Positions 1 through 8,884 of a stretch of 64,000 nucleotides of DNA are shown here, piece by piece; position 1 is the first letter of the stretch, and every line of letters starts with the position of its first letter. Under the pieces are notes generated by a model. The model saw nothing but the letters and a program-made list of their open reading frames with translations, had not been told where the DNA came from and did no database searches. Source of the DNA: an uncultured Candidatus Saccharimonadales bacterium (GTDB taxonomy: Bacteria; Patescibacteriota; Saccharimonadia; UBA4664); assembly GCA_964609585.1 (NCBI GenBank), contig CAZSRA010000003.1, positions 35,405 through 99,404 of the forward strand, read 5' to 3'. The position numbers were made by a program, and so were the translations under genes.

Positions 1-14
1 TACGCATTGTCAAA

Positions 15-43
15 TTGACACTTATGATATTATTCTGTATAAT
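15..43 (+). promoter_or_regulatory. Consensus sigma70-type promoter (TTGACA-17 nt-TATAAT) at the extreme 5' end. It lies in an AT-rich leader ahead of a high-GC ORF.
   Basis: TTGACA at 15-20, 17-nt spacer, TATAAT at 38-43, read directly from the sequence. An unusually perfect match to consensus. Confidence 0.4.
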
Positions 44-135
44 ATACTTTGCACTTAAGAACCTCTTGGTGCCGCCTGATGTCCAGCCTAAGGAGCTGGC
101 AAGGCGCTGTTCCCGAACAAGAAGAAGGACCTGAA

Positions 136-1218
136 ATGTCCAAGACCCGTGCACTCCTCCTCGCTGCCGCTGGCCTGCTGGTCATCGGAGCGGCCGCGGC
201 CATCGGGGCCGCACTCCTCCTGACCCGAACGGAGGAGGAGCCCCAGCCGAACCCGGCCGGTGACCTCAGCTCCATCCACCTCTCCGACGAGTCGAAGGAG
301 ACGGACGGGGCTTCGGCCCACGAGAACGCGGGTCTGGACGAGGACCCGCAGAACCCGGCAGAGTCGGACCCCAAGCCGGCGACCACGCCGACAACCGAGG
401 CCGAAGCTGCGTCCCCGACGCCGGTCCGACCCAAGGGCGGCCTGGCGAGCGTCGTGGCAGCTTCGTTCCGGAACGGGACCGTGTTGCCGACAGCACCTGC
501 GGCCCCCAGCGCCGAGGAGACCTGCAAGCTGAGCCTGATCGTCATCGGCCCGAACGACAACTTCCAGCTGCAGTCCTACAGCGAGATCAACGGCGCGCTG
601 GTCGCCAGGGTCTGGTGGAACGGCCACTGGTATGACGCCGCGAAGCACACCTGCCCCACCCATTCCCAGGGCGGCTGGTACAAGCACATGCGCGGCTTGT
701 TCAACCTCACTGGCGTGACGCCTGTGTGGACGCCTCCGGAGCCGATCGCGGCTCCGGCACCGGCGCTCGAGCAGCCGCAGAGCATGCCGGTCATCCCGAA
801 GCCCGCCACTCCGACCCTCCTCGCGCCACCCTCCCGGGTGGCTGAGACGGCACCCGTGCGCCAGGCCAAGGAGCTGAGCTGCTTGCCGGGTACCGTGGCT
901 GTCAGCGACGGAATCCTGGTCATCAGTTACGGCCACGGATGCGCCCAGATCCGTGTCGACAACGCCACCTTCCAGGTCAAGGCACACAAGTGCGACCGAC
1001 ACAAGGCCAACTGCTTCACCGGGCGCGACCGGACGGTCTACGACCTCTCCGGTCTCGAGGACCGGCGTGGCCGCGCGTCGGCCCTCCCTGTCGCCACTAT
1101 CAGGTCGAAGTCGTCGCGTCCCAAGAAGGGATCGACCACACAGACTGCTCCGACTACTCAGGCTCCGAAGCCGCAGAAGCGGTCCAAGGCCGACCGGTAC
1201 GCGGCCCGTCAGCGCTAG
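136..1218 (+). CDS. Hypothetical high-GC membrane-anchored proline/alanine-rich protein, actinobacterial-like. Start chosen at MSKTRALLLAAAGLLVIGAAAAIG; the ORF track offers an upstream start at 49.
   Basis: Long ORF in a ~68% GC block. N-terminal hydrophobic helix followed by low-complexity P/A/T-rich linker segments and a Cys-containing C-terminal region. Strong GC3 bias supports real coding. No recognisable family. Confidence 0.45.
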   Translation: MSKTRALLLAAAGLLVIGAAAAIGAALLLTRTEEEPQPNPAGDLSSIHLSDESKETDGASAHENAGLDEDPQNPAESDPKPATTPTTEAEAASPTPVRPKGGLASVVAASFRNGTVLPTAPAAPSAEETCKLSLIVIGPNDNFQLQSYSEINGALVARVWWNGHWYDAAKHTCPTHSQGGWYKHMRGLFNLTGVTPVWTPPEPIAAPAPALEQPQSMPVIPKPATPTLLAPPSRVAETAPVRQAKELSCLPGTVAVSDGILVISYGHGCAQIRVDNATFQVKAHKCDRHKANCFTGRDRTVYDLSGLEDRRGRASALPVATIRSKSSRPKKGSTTQTAPTTQAPKPQKRSKADRYAARQR

Positions 1219-1276
1219 CCCCCCATCCGGACAAACGTCCGGTCCACCCAGGCCACATGGCACAGATGCCAGGCCG

Positions 1277-1304
1277 GCGCCCCGTAGATTCTTCTACGGG
1301 GCGC
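1277..1304 (+). terminator. Terminator-like GC-rich hairpin downstream of the high-GC ORF.
   Basis: Inverted repeat GCGCCCCGTAG-ATTCTT-CTACGGGGCGC. A T-stretch follows a few nucleotides later (TCAACGTTTT). Confidence 0.3.
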
Positions 1305-1353
1305 TCAACGTTTTGCGGTACAATTGTTAGCACAAAGAAGGACTTCTACCATT

Positions 1354-2823
1354 ATGACCACCACATCTACTAAGCCTCAAGCTGATATTGCCGTAATTGG
1401 TTTGGCCGTAATGGGTCAAAATTTGATTTTAAACATGAATGATCACGGTTTTAAGGTAGTGGCTTTTAACCGGACGACGAGTAAGGTGGATGATTTTTTG
1501 GCGAATGAGGCTAAGGGCACCGAGATCGTGGGAGCGCAGTCGATCGAGGAGATGGTGCGCCTTTTAAAGCGGCCGCGACGGGTGATGCTGATGGTGAAGG
1601 CTGGCGAGGCAGTGGACGGGACGATTGAGCAACTGCTGCCGCATTTGGAGGCGGGCGACATCATCATAGACGGCGGAAATTCACTGTTTACCGATACCGC
1701 TAGACGGGTGAAATATGTGGAGTCGAAGGGGCTTTTGTACGTGGGTACGGGGGTTTCGGGCGGAGAAGAGGGAGCGCGCCGTGGGCCTTCGATTATGCCG
1801 GGGGGATCGCCAGCCGCTTGGCCCCATGTGAAAGAGCTCTTCCAGGCGATTGCAGCCAAGGTAGAAGACGGCTCGCCGTGTTGTGAATGGGTGGGTGAAG
1901 GCGGGGCGGGACATTACGTGAAGATGGTGCATAACGGCATTGAATACGGGGATATGCAGTTGATTGCCGAGGCGTATCAGCTGCTGCGTGACCGGGCTGG
2001 ACTGGGTGCCGAGGAAATGGCCGGGGTATTTGCGGATTGGAATAAAACCGAGCTCGATAGCTATTTAGTTGAGATTACTGCCGAGATTTTGGCATTTAAG
2101 GACGAGGACGGCGCGCCACTCGTGGATAAAATTTTGGATAGCGCTGGGCAAAAGGGCACGGGTAAATGGACGGTAATTGATTCAGCGCAGCTAGGCCAGC
2201 CGGTGACATTGATTGCGGAGGCGGTATTTGCACGGTGTCTTTCGGCACTGAAGGATGAACGAGTGGTGGCGAGCAAACGGCTGCAGGGACCAAATAGGGG
2301 TGAAGTGGAGGATGCTGCAGCTTTTACTGAGCAGGTAAGGCAGGCGTTGTATGCTTCGAAGATCGTGAGCTATGCGCAAGGATATATGCTGATGCAAGCG
2401 GCGGCGCGAGAGTACGGCTGGAACCTGAATTACGGCGGGATTGCGCTGATGTGGCGCGGCGGCTGTATTATTCGTAGCCGTTTTTTGGGCGACATCAAGG
2501 CTGCCTTTGATGCGGACGGGGCGTTGGCTAATTTACTTTTGGCACCATTTTTTGCGGGCGCTATCGAAAAGGCTCAGCCGGCTTGGCGGGCGGTGATTTC
2601 CGGGGCGGTGATGAGCGGGATTCCAGTACCAGCCTTTAGTACGGCGCTGGCGTTTTATGATGGATACCGCACGGAGCGCGGTTCGGCGGGGCTGATTCAA
2701 GCTCAACGCGACTTTTTTGGGGCTCATACGTATGAGCGGATTGACCAACCACGGGGCGAGTTTTCTCACACAAACTGGACAGGGCACGGCGGTTCGACGA
2801 GCGCTGGGACGTATACGGCTTAA
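1354..2823 (+). CDS. gnd: 6-phosphogluconate dehydrogenase (decarboxylating)
   Basis: N-terminal Rossmann motif IAVIGLAVMGQNLILN. Full-length collinear similarity to Gnd, including the VKMVHNGIEYGDMQLIAE region. The start at MTTTSTKPQ is preceded by a GAAGGA RBS; the ORF track starts 30 nt upstream. Confidence 0.93.
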   Translation: MTTTSTKPQADIAVIGLAVMGQNLILNMNDHGFKVVAFNRTTSKVDDFLANEAKGTEIVGAQSIEEMVRLLKRPRRVMLMVKAGEAVDGTIEQLLPHLEAGDIIIDGGNSLFTDTARRVKYVESKGLLYVGTGVSGGEEGARRGPSIMPGGSPAAWPHVKELFQAIAAKVEDGSPCCEWVGEGGAGHYVKMVHNGIEYGDMQLIAEAYQLLRDRAGLGAEEMAGVFADWNKTELDSYLVEITAEILAFKDEDGAPLVDKILDSAGQKGTGKWTVIDSAQLGQPVTLIAEAVFARCLSALKDERVVASKRLQGPNRGEVEDAAAFTEQVRQALYASKIVSYAQGYMLMQAAAREYGWNLNYGGIALMWRGGCIIRSRFLGDIKAAFDADGALANLLLAPFFAGAIEKAQPAWRAVISGAVMSGIPVPAFSTALAFYDGYRTERGSAGLIQAQRDFFGAHTYERIDQPRGEFSHTNWTGHGGSTSAGTYTA

Positions 2824-2949
2824 GCGGCTTTGTCGAATTTAGCTTGAGGATTAGGTTGATAATGGGTGACCTCCTGCCTGTGGTCGCCAGGTTGTTTGGT
2901 TATTTCTGCTGGATCCGTGGCGAAGAAGCCATCCTGTTCGTGTTTGCTT

Positions 2950-3828
2950 TTAAGCTTGAACTCCATGAATAGCGGTCCGGACGATGTTTTCGGTGAGGTT
3001 GGTGCAATTTAGGCACAGGTTTTGCTGCGAGCAGTCTGCGCAAACCAGTATGAGCGCGTTGCATTCCGGACGGGCGCAGTTGTGGTAAGTATTGGTGGGA
3101 GCGGCGCAGAAATGGCACTGGCCGAGGGCTTTGGGATGGTCGTTAAAGGCAACACTCATGCGGTCGTCGAAGACGAAGCATTCGCCTTCGAAGGCGCCTT
3201 CGGGATAGGCTTTGGCGTATTCGATGATGCCGCCCTCGAGCTGATAAACGTTTTTGAAACCACGCTGCTTCATGAGGGCAGAGGCTTTTTCACAGCGGAT
3301 ACCGCCGGTGCAGTAGGTGATGACGGTTTTGTCTTTGAGATCTTCATAATCGCCCAGGGCCTCGGGTAGGTTTTTGAATAGATCAATGGAAGGCGTGACG
3401 GCGCCGCGGAAACGACCAATGGCGGATTCATAAGCATTACGAGCATCGAAGAGGACGACATTGGGATCGGCCGTGAGTTCATGAAACTGAGTGGGAGTGA
3501 GCTTGGGGGCGGTGTCGCCGGGGTCAACGTCCACGCCAAGAGTAACGATTTCGGGGCGCACTTTGATGCGCAGACGCGGGAATGGAATGGTTTGGCTGGC
3601 ATCGCGTTTGTAGGTGATACCGGCAAATTGCGGGTGTTGGTTCATGGCTGCGATATAGGCCTCGATGCTACCCGCGGGGCCGGCAAGTGTGGCATTAATC
3701 CCCTCTTCGGCAAGGAGAATACGACCCTTCAGGCCCAGATCCTCGCAGAGCTTGCGCTGAGCCTTTCGCTCGGCTTCGGGGCTGGGTAGGGTGATGTATT
3801 TGTAGAAGAGGATGACGGCGTTCGGCAT
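2950..3828 (-). CDS. trhO: Rhodanese-domain protein of the UPF0176/YceA family (tRNA uridine(34) hydroxylase TrhO-like)
   Basis: N-terminus VILFYKY..P, rhodanese active-site loop TYCTGGIRCEK, and a C-terminal Cys-rich tail (CHFCAAP...CADC) typical of YceA/TrhO. Confidence 0.8.
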   Translation of the reverse strand: MPNAVILFYKYITLPSPEAERKAQRKLCEDLGLKGRILLAEEGINATLAGPAGSIEAYIAAMNQHPQFAGITYKRDASQTIPFPRLRIKVRPEIVTLGVDVDPGDTAPKLTPTQFHELTADPNVVLFDARNAYESAIGRFRGAVTPSIDLFKNLPEALGDYEDLKDKTVITYCTGGIRCEKASALMKQRGFKNVYQLEGGIIEYAKAYPEGAFEGECFVFDDRMSVAFNDHPKALGQCHFCAAPTNTYHNCARPECNALILVCADCSQQNLCLNCTNLTENIVRTAIHGVQA

Positions 3829-3837
3829 GGGTGTTCG

Positions 3838-5172
3838 TTAATTTATGGCGTGAGTTTTGATGAGGTTGAGCTGGGTCTGGTCGAAGCAATCATACTTGCC
3901 CGCGAAGAATTCATCAAAGGTGTCGGTATCGAGGCCATGAGTGTCAAGATACTCATTGAGCAAAAGGATGCCGCGCCAATATTTGGTAGTGGAACGTTCG
4001 ACGATCTGAGGTGTGCCAAGGCGCAGTGTTCGAATAACCCGCCCAAAGGCTCTGCGGCCATACTCATAATTTCGTTTTGTGAATGTGGTGTCATCGGGAT
4101 TGCCCAGACAAATAAGCAGGGCCTTAGTAAGCCGGTGAATTTCGCGAAAGGTGCGTTCAGGGCTGCTGGCAGCAAAATGTATGACCACAAAAGAGATGAG
4201 AGCGCTGAGTGGCTCATAGTCGACTTGGGTGGCGCTACCGAGTAAAACCCCAAAGGCTTCTTCGGTCGGGCCATACCCGCACATGCCCACGGCAGCAAGG
4301 CGTTCGCGACTGTTTTCGCCGTTGACCGAACGCGCGATGTGCACCCCGATTTCATGAACGACAAGATTTTCGACGTGGTCTTTGGTGTATTGTCGCCCGG
4401 CCGGAACGATGATAGCGCGACGGTCGTGATCGATGAAAACGTTGGGCGCCCCGTCTAAAACGAGGACCCCCCAACCCGTGGTTTTGCCCAAAATGCGGTC
4501 AATAGCTGCTTCCAGGATAGATTCGACGTCTTTCGAGCTGATGGCCGGCTCATGGAGGTAGGGCTGCATAAGCTCATGAACAAAACCGAAGCGACGCTCA
4601 ACGAGCGGTATTACCTGGGTGCGATAGTAGTCAAAGCTCGTGAGAACTTTGCTGATGTCACCGCTTGAGGGGATGTTTTGCCAGACGCCTAGAAGCCGGG
4701 CTTGCTCTTCGGCGACTCCGGCGGAGCGAGGCGTGAGATTTTCGATGCGCTGCTTGAGGTTGCTAAGCACCTCATCGAATCGAAGATCGGATAGCCGGCC
4801 GTAAAGTTCGTCGCAATAGTGTTGTGTTTTTACAGGATCTTCGACGTTCAATACAAGATTTAGAAGCATAAGACGCTCGCGCTCAAAGGCCTCATACGCA
4901 GGCAGGCAAGGATACTCGGCTTTGGCATGCGAATCTAGGCTTCCCAGAAAGTGCTCAATGGTTTGCTTGTAGCTTAGGGCTAGCTCGGTGCTTATCCCTC
5001 CCTCTGGCACTGGTTGGTCACCTATGCCTTCGAGAAATGTTTGTATGCTCGCTTCCGTAAATTTTGGCCAGAGAGTACTCATATGGAACATGGGCGCGGA
5101 TTCCTCGTGCCACCGATCGAATAAGCAGGGGTTTTGCGCTTCCAACATCTTGTAATATCCTCTTTCGATCAC
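3838..5172 (-). CDS. DUF1704-family protein with an HExxH motif (putative zinc carboxypeptidase-like; 'flavohemoglobin expression-modulating QEGLA' family)
   Basis: HEIGVH zinc-binding motif plus the overall architecture of DUF1704 proteins. This family is a known genomic partner of RimK-type ATP-grasp ligases. Confidence 0.55.
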   Translation of the reverse strand: MIERGYYKMLEAQNPCLFDRWHEESAPMFHMSTLWPKFTEASIQTFLEGIGDQPVPEGGISTELALSYKQTIEHFLGSLDSHAKAEYPCLPAYEAFERERLMLLNLVLNVEDPVKTQHYCDELYGRLSDLRFDEVLSNLKQRIENLTPRSAGVAEEQARLLGVWQNIPSSGDISKVLTSFDYYRTQVIPLVERRFGFVHELMQPYLHEPAISSKDVESILEAAIDRILGKTTGWGVLVLDGAPNVFIDHDRRAIIVPAGRQYTKDHVENLVVHEIGVHIARSVNGENSRERLAAVGMCGYGPTEEAFGVLLGSATQVDYEPLSALISFVVIHFAASSPERTFREIHRLTKALLICLGNPDDTTFTKRNYEYGRRAFGRVIRTLRLGTPQIVERSTTKYWRGILLLNEYLDTHGLDTDTFDEFFAGKYDCFDQTQLNLIKTHAIN

Positions 5173-5207
5173 TACTCTTAATTACGATACTTTAGAAGAA
5201 TTGAGCT

Positions 5208-6131
5208 ATGAAAAAAACGATCGCCTTTTTTGTTCGGGATGTTGACGCGAGTAAAGAGCCGTTTTCAGATCGCGAATACTATTATTACTCATACCAACAT
5301 TACTTACTAGCCATGAAGCAGGCCGGAGCCCAGGTGTATTTTGTGACGGGCGGCGATAATTATTTGGGCAAGGGCCGGTTTGCACATGCCTGGACTATTG
5401 ATGAGGTTAGCGAAGTTCGCGATTTTCAGCAAGTAGGCGAGATTCAGGCGGATATTGTATTTGAGAAGGGTGGGTTTAGGGAATTGGACGTGCCGACGGT
5501 CACGGACGTACGGCTTTATCCTTTGCTCCTCGACAAGGCGGCGACGTACGAGCGCTTTAGCCAGTACCAAGCGAAGACGATTGTGTGCGCCGACAAAGAG
5601 GAGCTGGAGGCTGCTTTTAAGCAGGTTGTGGGCGAAATGGTGGTTGTAAAGAACCCGGTTAGTAATGGCGGCAAGCAAGTATACATTGGCACTAAGCAAA
5701 CGATTCAGATTCCAGAGACCGAGACTTACCCCCTGATGGTTCAAGAATTTATCGATATGAGTGATGGTGTGCCTGGCCTTGCTGCGGGCATCCACGACGT
5801 GCGGGTACTTATGACGGGGCGAGAGATTGTTGGTGCAACTTTGAGGCAGCCAGCAGCTGGAAAATATCATGCTAATGTCTCTCAGGGAGGCAGTGAGCGC
5901 TTTTTGCGAACTGCGCAGATTCCAGCCGAAGTCCGAGAGATGGCTCTAGAGATAGATGCTCAGCTGGATGATTTTCCGCGGTTTTATGCTATTGATTTTG
6001 CTAAGGGTAAACAAGGCTGGCTGATGGTGGAGCTCAATCCAAGACCTGGCCTTAATACCAGGTCCGACGCAGGTCCGGTGGCACTTGAGATTATGCGTGA
6101 CGTTGCAGCCTACATCGCGGGACTGGCGTGA
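5208..6131 (+). CDS. ATP-grasp ligase (RimK/alpha-L-glutamate ligase-like)
   Basis: ATP-grasp signature blocks (VVVKNPVSNGGKQVY; EFID..DVRV; MVELNPRPG). Divergent from the DUF1704 gene. Confidence 0.6.
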   Translation: MKKTIAFFVRDVDASKEPFSDREYYYYSYQHYLLAMKQAGAQVYFVTGGDNYLGKGRFAHAWTIDEVSEVRDFQQVGEIQADIVFEKGGFRELDVPTVTDVRLYPLLLDKAATYERFSQYQAKTIVCADKEELEAAFKQVVGEMVVVKNPVSNGGKQVYIGTKQTIQIPETETYPLMVQEFIDMSDGVPGLAAGIHDVRVLMTGREIVGATLRQPAAGKYHANVSQGGSERFLRTAQIPAEVREMALEIDAQLDDFPRFYAIDFAKGKQGWLMVELNPRPGLNTRSDAGPVALEIMRDVAAYIAGLA

Positions 6132-6258
6132 GAGGGATTACCACTCTGGTGATTGAATTTGATGTCTGGTGGTAGTACAATCTCGCGAGTGGCTCAATTG
6201 CAACCGCGCCCTATCGTTCTGTCTATTTGTACTGAAAAAATTATAGGAAGAACATTCT

Positions 6259-7545
6259 ATGGCCCTCTATCATCAAACCAGTAATCGCGACAAGATTTTG
6301 TTCGTTAATAGTTTTGCCGAAGAGCAAGTGGTAGCTCTGGAAAAAATGAGCACAATGCTTGGCAGGAAGATTCAAGCTGTTGTTCTGTTTGATCACAAAA
6401 AAGCGATTCGACAGTGGGTTCAAGACGCAAAAGATATTATTCTCCTGACGGTTGATTTTAGCGACACCGAAGCATTGCAAAATGTCCTGAAACCGTATGT
6501 TGATGACATTTTGACCGCAACGTTTTTGGGTGATGGTAATGCGCCTCATTTGCGCAAAGTAATTCCCTTGATTCCCAACTGTGTACTGCCAACCGAAACT
6601 TCCATTAAATGGACGTCTGAAAAGACCCAGATGCGGGCGCTTTTGCGCAATTATGATAAATCGATCGCTCCAAACTTTTTGGTAGCACACGACGGCAGCC
6701 CCGAAACTATTACAAAGATCGAAAAGCGAGTTGGCTATCCGATGGTCGTAAAACCGTCGGGGCTGGCGGGTAGTTTACTCGTGAGTATTTGTTATCACCG
6801 CGAGGAACTGGAAAAGGTATTGACTCAAACCTTTAAAAAGATTGATCAGGTGTACAAACTCAAGCGAGGTCGTGGGGCACCCGCCATCCTGGTTGAGGAG
6901 TTCATGGAAGGCGACATGTATTCAATTGACGCCTATGTGAATGCGCGCGGCGTGGTTTATTTTGCCCCGCTGGTGTATGTGAAGACAGGCCGAGAAGTCG
7001 GATTTGACGACTTTTTTGGCTATATGCGCATAACACCCACGCAGCTTAATGCTTCTCATACGGAATCCGCTCAAGAAGTGGCCGCCAAAGGCATTAAAGC
7101 CGTGGGTATGCGCAGCACTACCTGCCATATCGAACTGATGCGCACTGAAACAGGCTGGAAGGTGATTGAGCTTGGATCCAGAATTGGCGGTAACCGGCAT
7201 AGTATGTACGAGTTGTCGTTTGGCATTGATCACTCGCTCAATGACTTGCTCATTCGCCTCTCCCGCAAGCCGCTCCTGCCCAAGAAAATTAAGGGTTATA
7301 CGGCTGTGATGGAATTTTACGCCAAAGAAGAGGGTCGGCTAGAAAAGATTCAGGGTCTCTTTAAGATTGAGGCTTTGGAGTCGGTTCAAAAAGTTCGAGT
7401 ATTGAAGGAAATAGGCGACAAATGCACGTTTGCTAAATACGGTGGTAGTCCGGTGCTAAGGATGACCTTATTTAATCCCGTGCGATCGAACGTTTTGGCC
7501 GATATTCGGCGGCTGGAGCAGTATCTCAATATCATCACGAAGTAG
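6259..7545 (+). CDS. ATP-grasp ligase (L-amino-acid ligase/carboxylate-amine ligase-like, ~430 aa)
   Basis: GYPMVVKPSGLAGSLLVS, EEFMEGDMYSIDAY and IELGSRIGGN motifs of the ATP-grasp fold. Size and three-domain layout resemble LAL-type dipeptide ligases. Confidence 0.55.
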   Translation: MALYHQTSNRDKILFVNSFAEEQVVALEKMSTMLGRKIQAVVLFDHKKAIRQWVQDAKDIILLTVDFSDTEALQNVLKPYVDDILTATFLGDGNAPHLRKVIPLIPNCVLPTETSIKWTSEKTQMRALLRNYDKSIAPNFLVAHDGSPETITKIEKRVGYPMVVKPSGLAGSLLVSICYHREELEKVLTQTFKKIDQVYKLKRGRGAPAILVEEFMEGDMYSIDAYVNARGVVYFAPLVYVKTGREVGFDDFFGYMRITPTQLNASHTESAQEVAAKGIKAVGMRSTTCHIELMRTETGWKVIELGSRIGGNRHSMYELSFGIDHSLNDLLIRLSRKPLLPKKIKGYTAVMEFYAKEEGRLEKIQGLFKIEALESVQKVRVLKEIGDKCTFAKYGGSPVLRMTLFNPVRSNVLADIRRLEQYLNIITK

Positions 7546-7651
7546 CTAAACCAAAAGTAAAAGGGCGCTTCAAAAGGCGCCCGTTTTTACGTTGTCCGTG
7601 CTGATATAACCTGGGTGTTTCACCGTGACCATCACAGATTCGTGCTTGGTG

Positions 7652-8677
7652 TTATTGGCCGTGTATAAGCGACATGAGGTCTTTGGGATCGCCAAGGTTT
7701 GGGACGAGGCTGAGTTGTTCGCCGAGCTGATACTTGCCCGCCAGTTCATAGGTGAGGCGTAGGGCCGAATAATCTTCGAGAGCAATGCCAACGGAGTCGA
7801 AGAGGGTGATGTCTTCGTTGTTGGTGCGGGCTTGCTTGGTTTTATTTACGAGCTCGTGTAATTCGGCATATACATGTTTTTTGGCTTCGTTGCGGCCAAA
7901 ACGTTGAATTTCGCCTTCGATGAAGGCTTGATCGAAGTATTCAACCACAATACGGCTGCGATTTAGAATTGCAAACTCAAGCTCGGTCTTGCCGGGGCAG
8001 TCGCCGCCAAGGCCGTTTATGTGCATACCAGGCCGTATCCAAGCATCTTTGATGACATCAACGTGGGCTTTGGCGGCGGTGCAGACGGTGACGATATCGG
8101 AGCCGCGGACGGCGGTTTCGGCATCTAGACAGCGTGTGAGTTTTAGGCCGGCATTTTCTAGATTGCGCTCAAATTTGTCCATAGCTTTGGGATCGGTATC
8201 AAAGTAGCGGATTTCGGTAATGTCGCGCACGAGGCATGTGGCTCGGACCTGGAATTCGCTCTGGGCGCCGGTACCGATAATGGCTAACACTTGGGCATTT
8301 TCTCGAGCCATGAGCCGCGTAGCCAGTGCAGCTGTAGCTGCGGTGCGTAGGGCCGTGAGGATGGTCATTTCGCTAAACATGAGGGGGTAGCCGGTGTCGA
8401 TGCGGGCGAGCTGGCCGGTGGCGACGACCGTCATTTGGCTGGTCTGGGGGTTGGCCGGGTGACAGTTTACGTACTTAAACGTGTAGTAGGTGTCGTCGCA
8501 AATGGGCATAAGCTCGAGGACGCCGCCAGGTACATGCATGGCGGGGCGAGGAATGAGAGTAAATTCTGACCAACGAGCAAAATCGCGCTCTAAGGCCTGA
8601 GTGAGATCAGCTAAGAATGTTTCAAGGCCGTGACGTTCGATAAGGTTGATAAGGGTTTCGACGGAGATAATTTTCAT
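7652..8677 (-). CDS. Ornithine cyclodeaminase/mu-crystallin family protein
   Basis: Rossmann motif AIIGTGAQSEF and OCD-family blocks. The likely start is MKIISVETL, internal to the longer track ORF. Confidence 0.8.
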   Translation of the reverse strand: MKIISVETLINLIERHGLETFLADLTQALERDFARWSEFTLIPRPAMHVPGGVLELMPICDDTYYTFKYVNCHPANPQTSQMTVVATGQLARIDTGYPLMFSEMTILTALRTAATAALATRLMARENAQVLAIIGTGAQSEFQVRATCLVRDITEIRYFDTDPKAMDKFERNLENAGLKLTRCLDAETAVRGSDIVTVCTAAKAHVDVIKDAWIRPGMHINGLGGDCPGKTELEFAILNRSRIVVEYFDQAFIEGEIQRFGRNEAKKHVYAELHELVNKTKQARTNNEDITLFDSVGIALEDYSALRLTYELAGKYQLGEQLSLVPNLGDPKDLMSLIHGQ

Positions 8678-8884
8678 GGGTAGTCCTTTTAGGAAATTGC
8701 AACGCCAGCTTGGTGACCAAAACGGCCCCTTCACCGGGGTCGCTTGGTCGTTGCTATTTTTAGTAAAAGAAATACCCCGGTTGTCAGATCGGCTGCGGCT
8801 GCGGCGGGATGGGCTGGAGGGAGAAGGTTTTCTTCATAATTGGACTGAGTGTAGCATTAAGATTGCTGGATGTACAAGGCGAAC

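Noticed and set aside
30-1263. Long antisense/alternative-frame ORFs (30-560 minus, 88-1263 minus, 260-532, 953-1330) overlapping the high-GC gene
   Set aside because: Typical spurious ORFs created by high GC content. Only the plus-strand frame 136-1218 shows a coherent TM plus linker architecture and GC3 bias.
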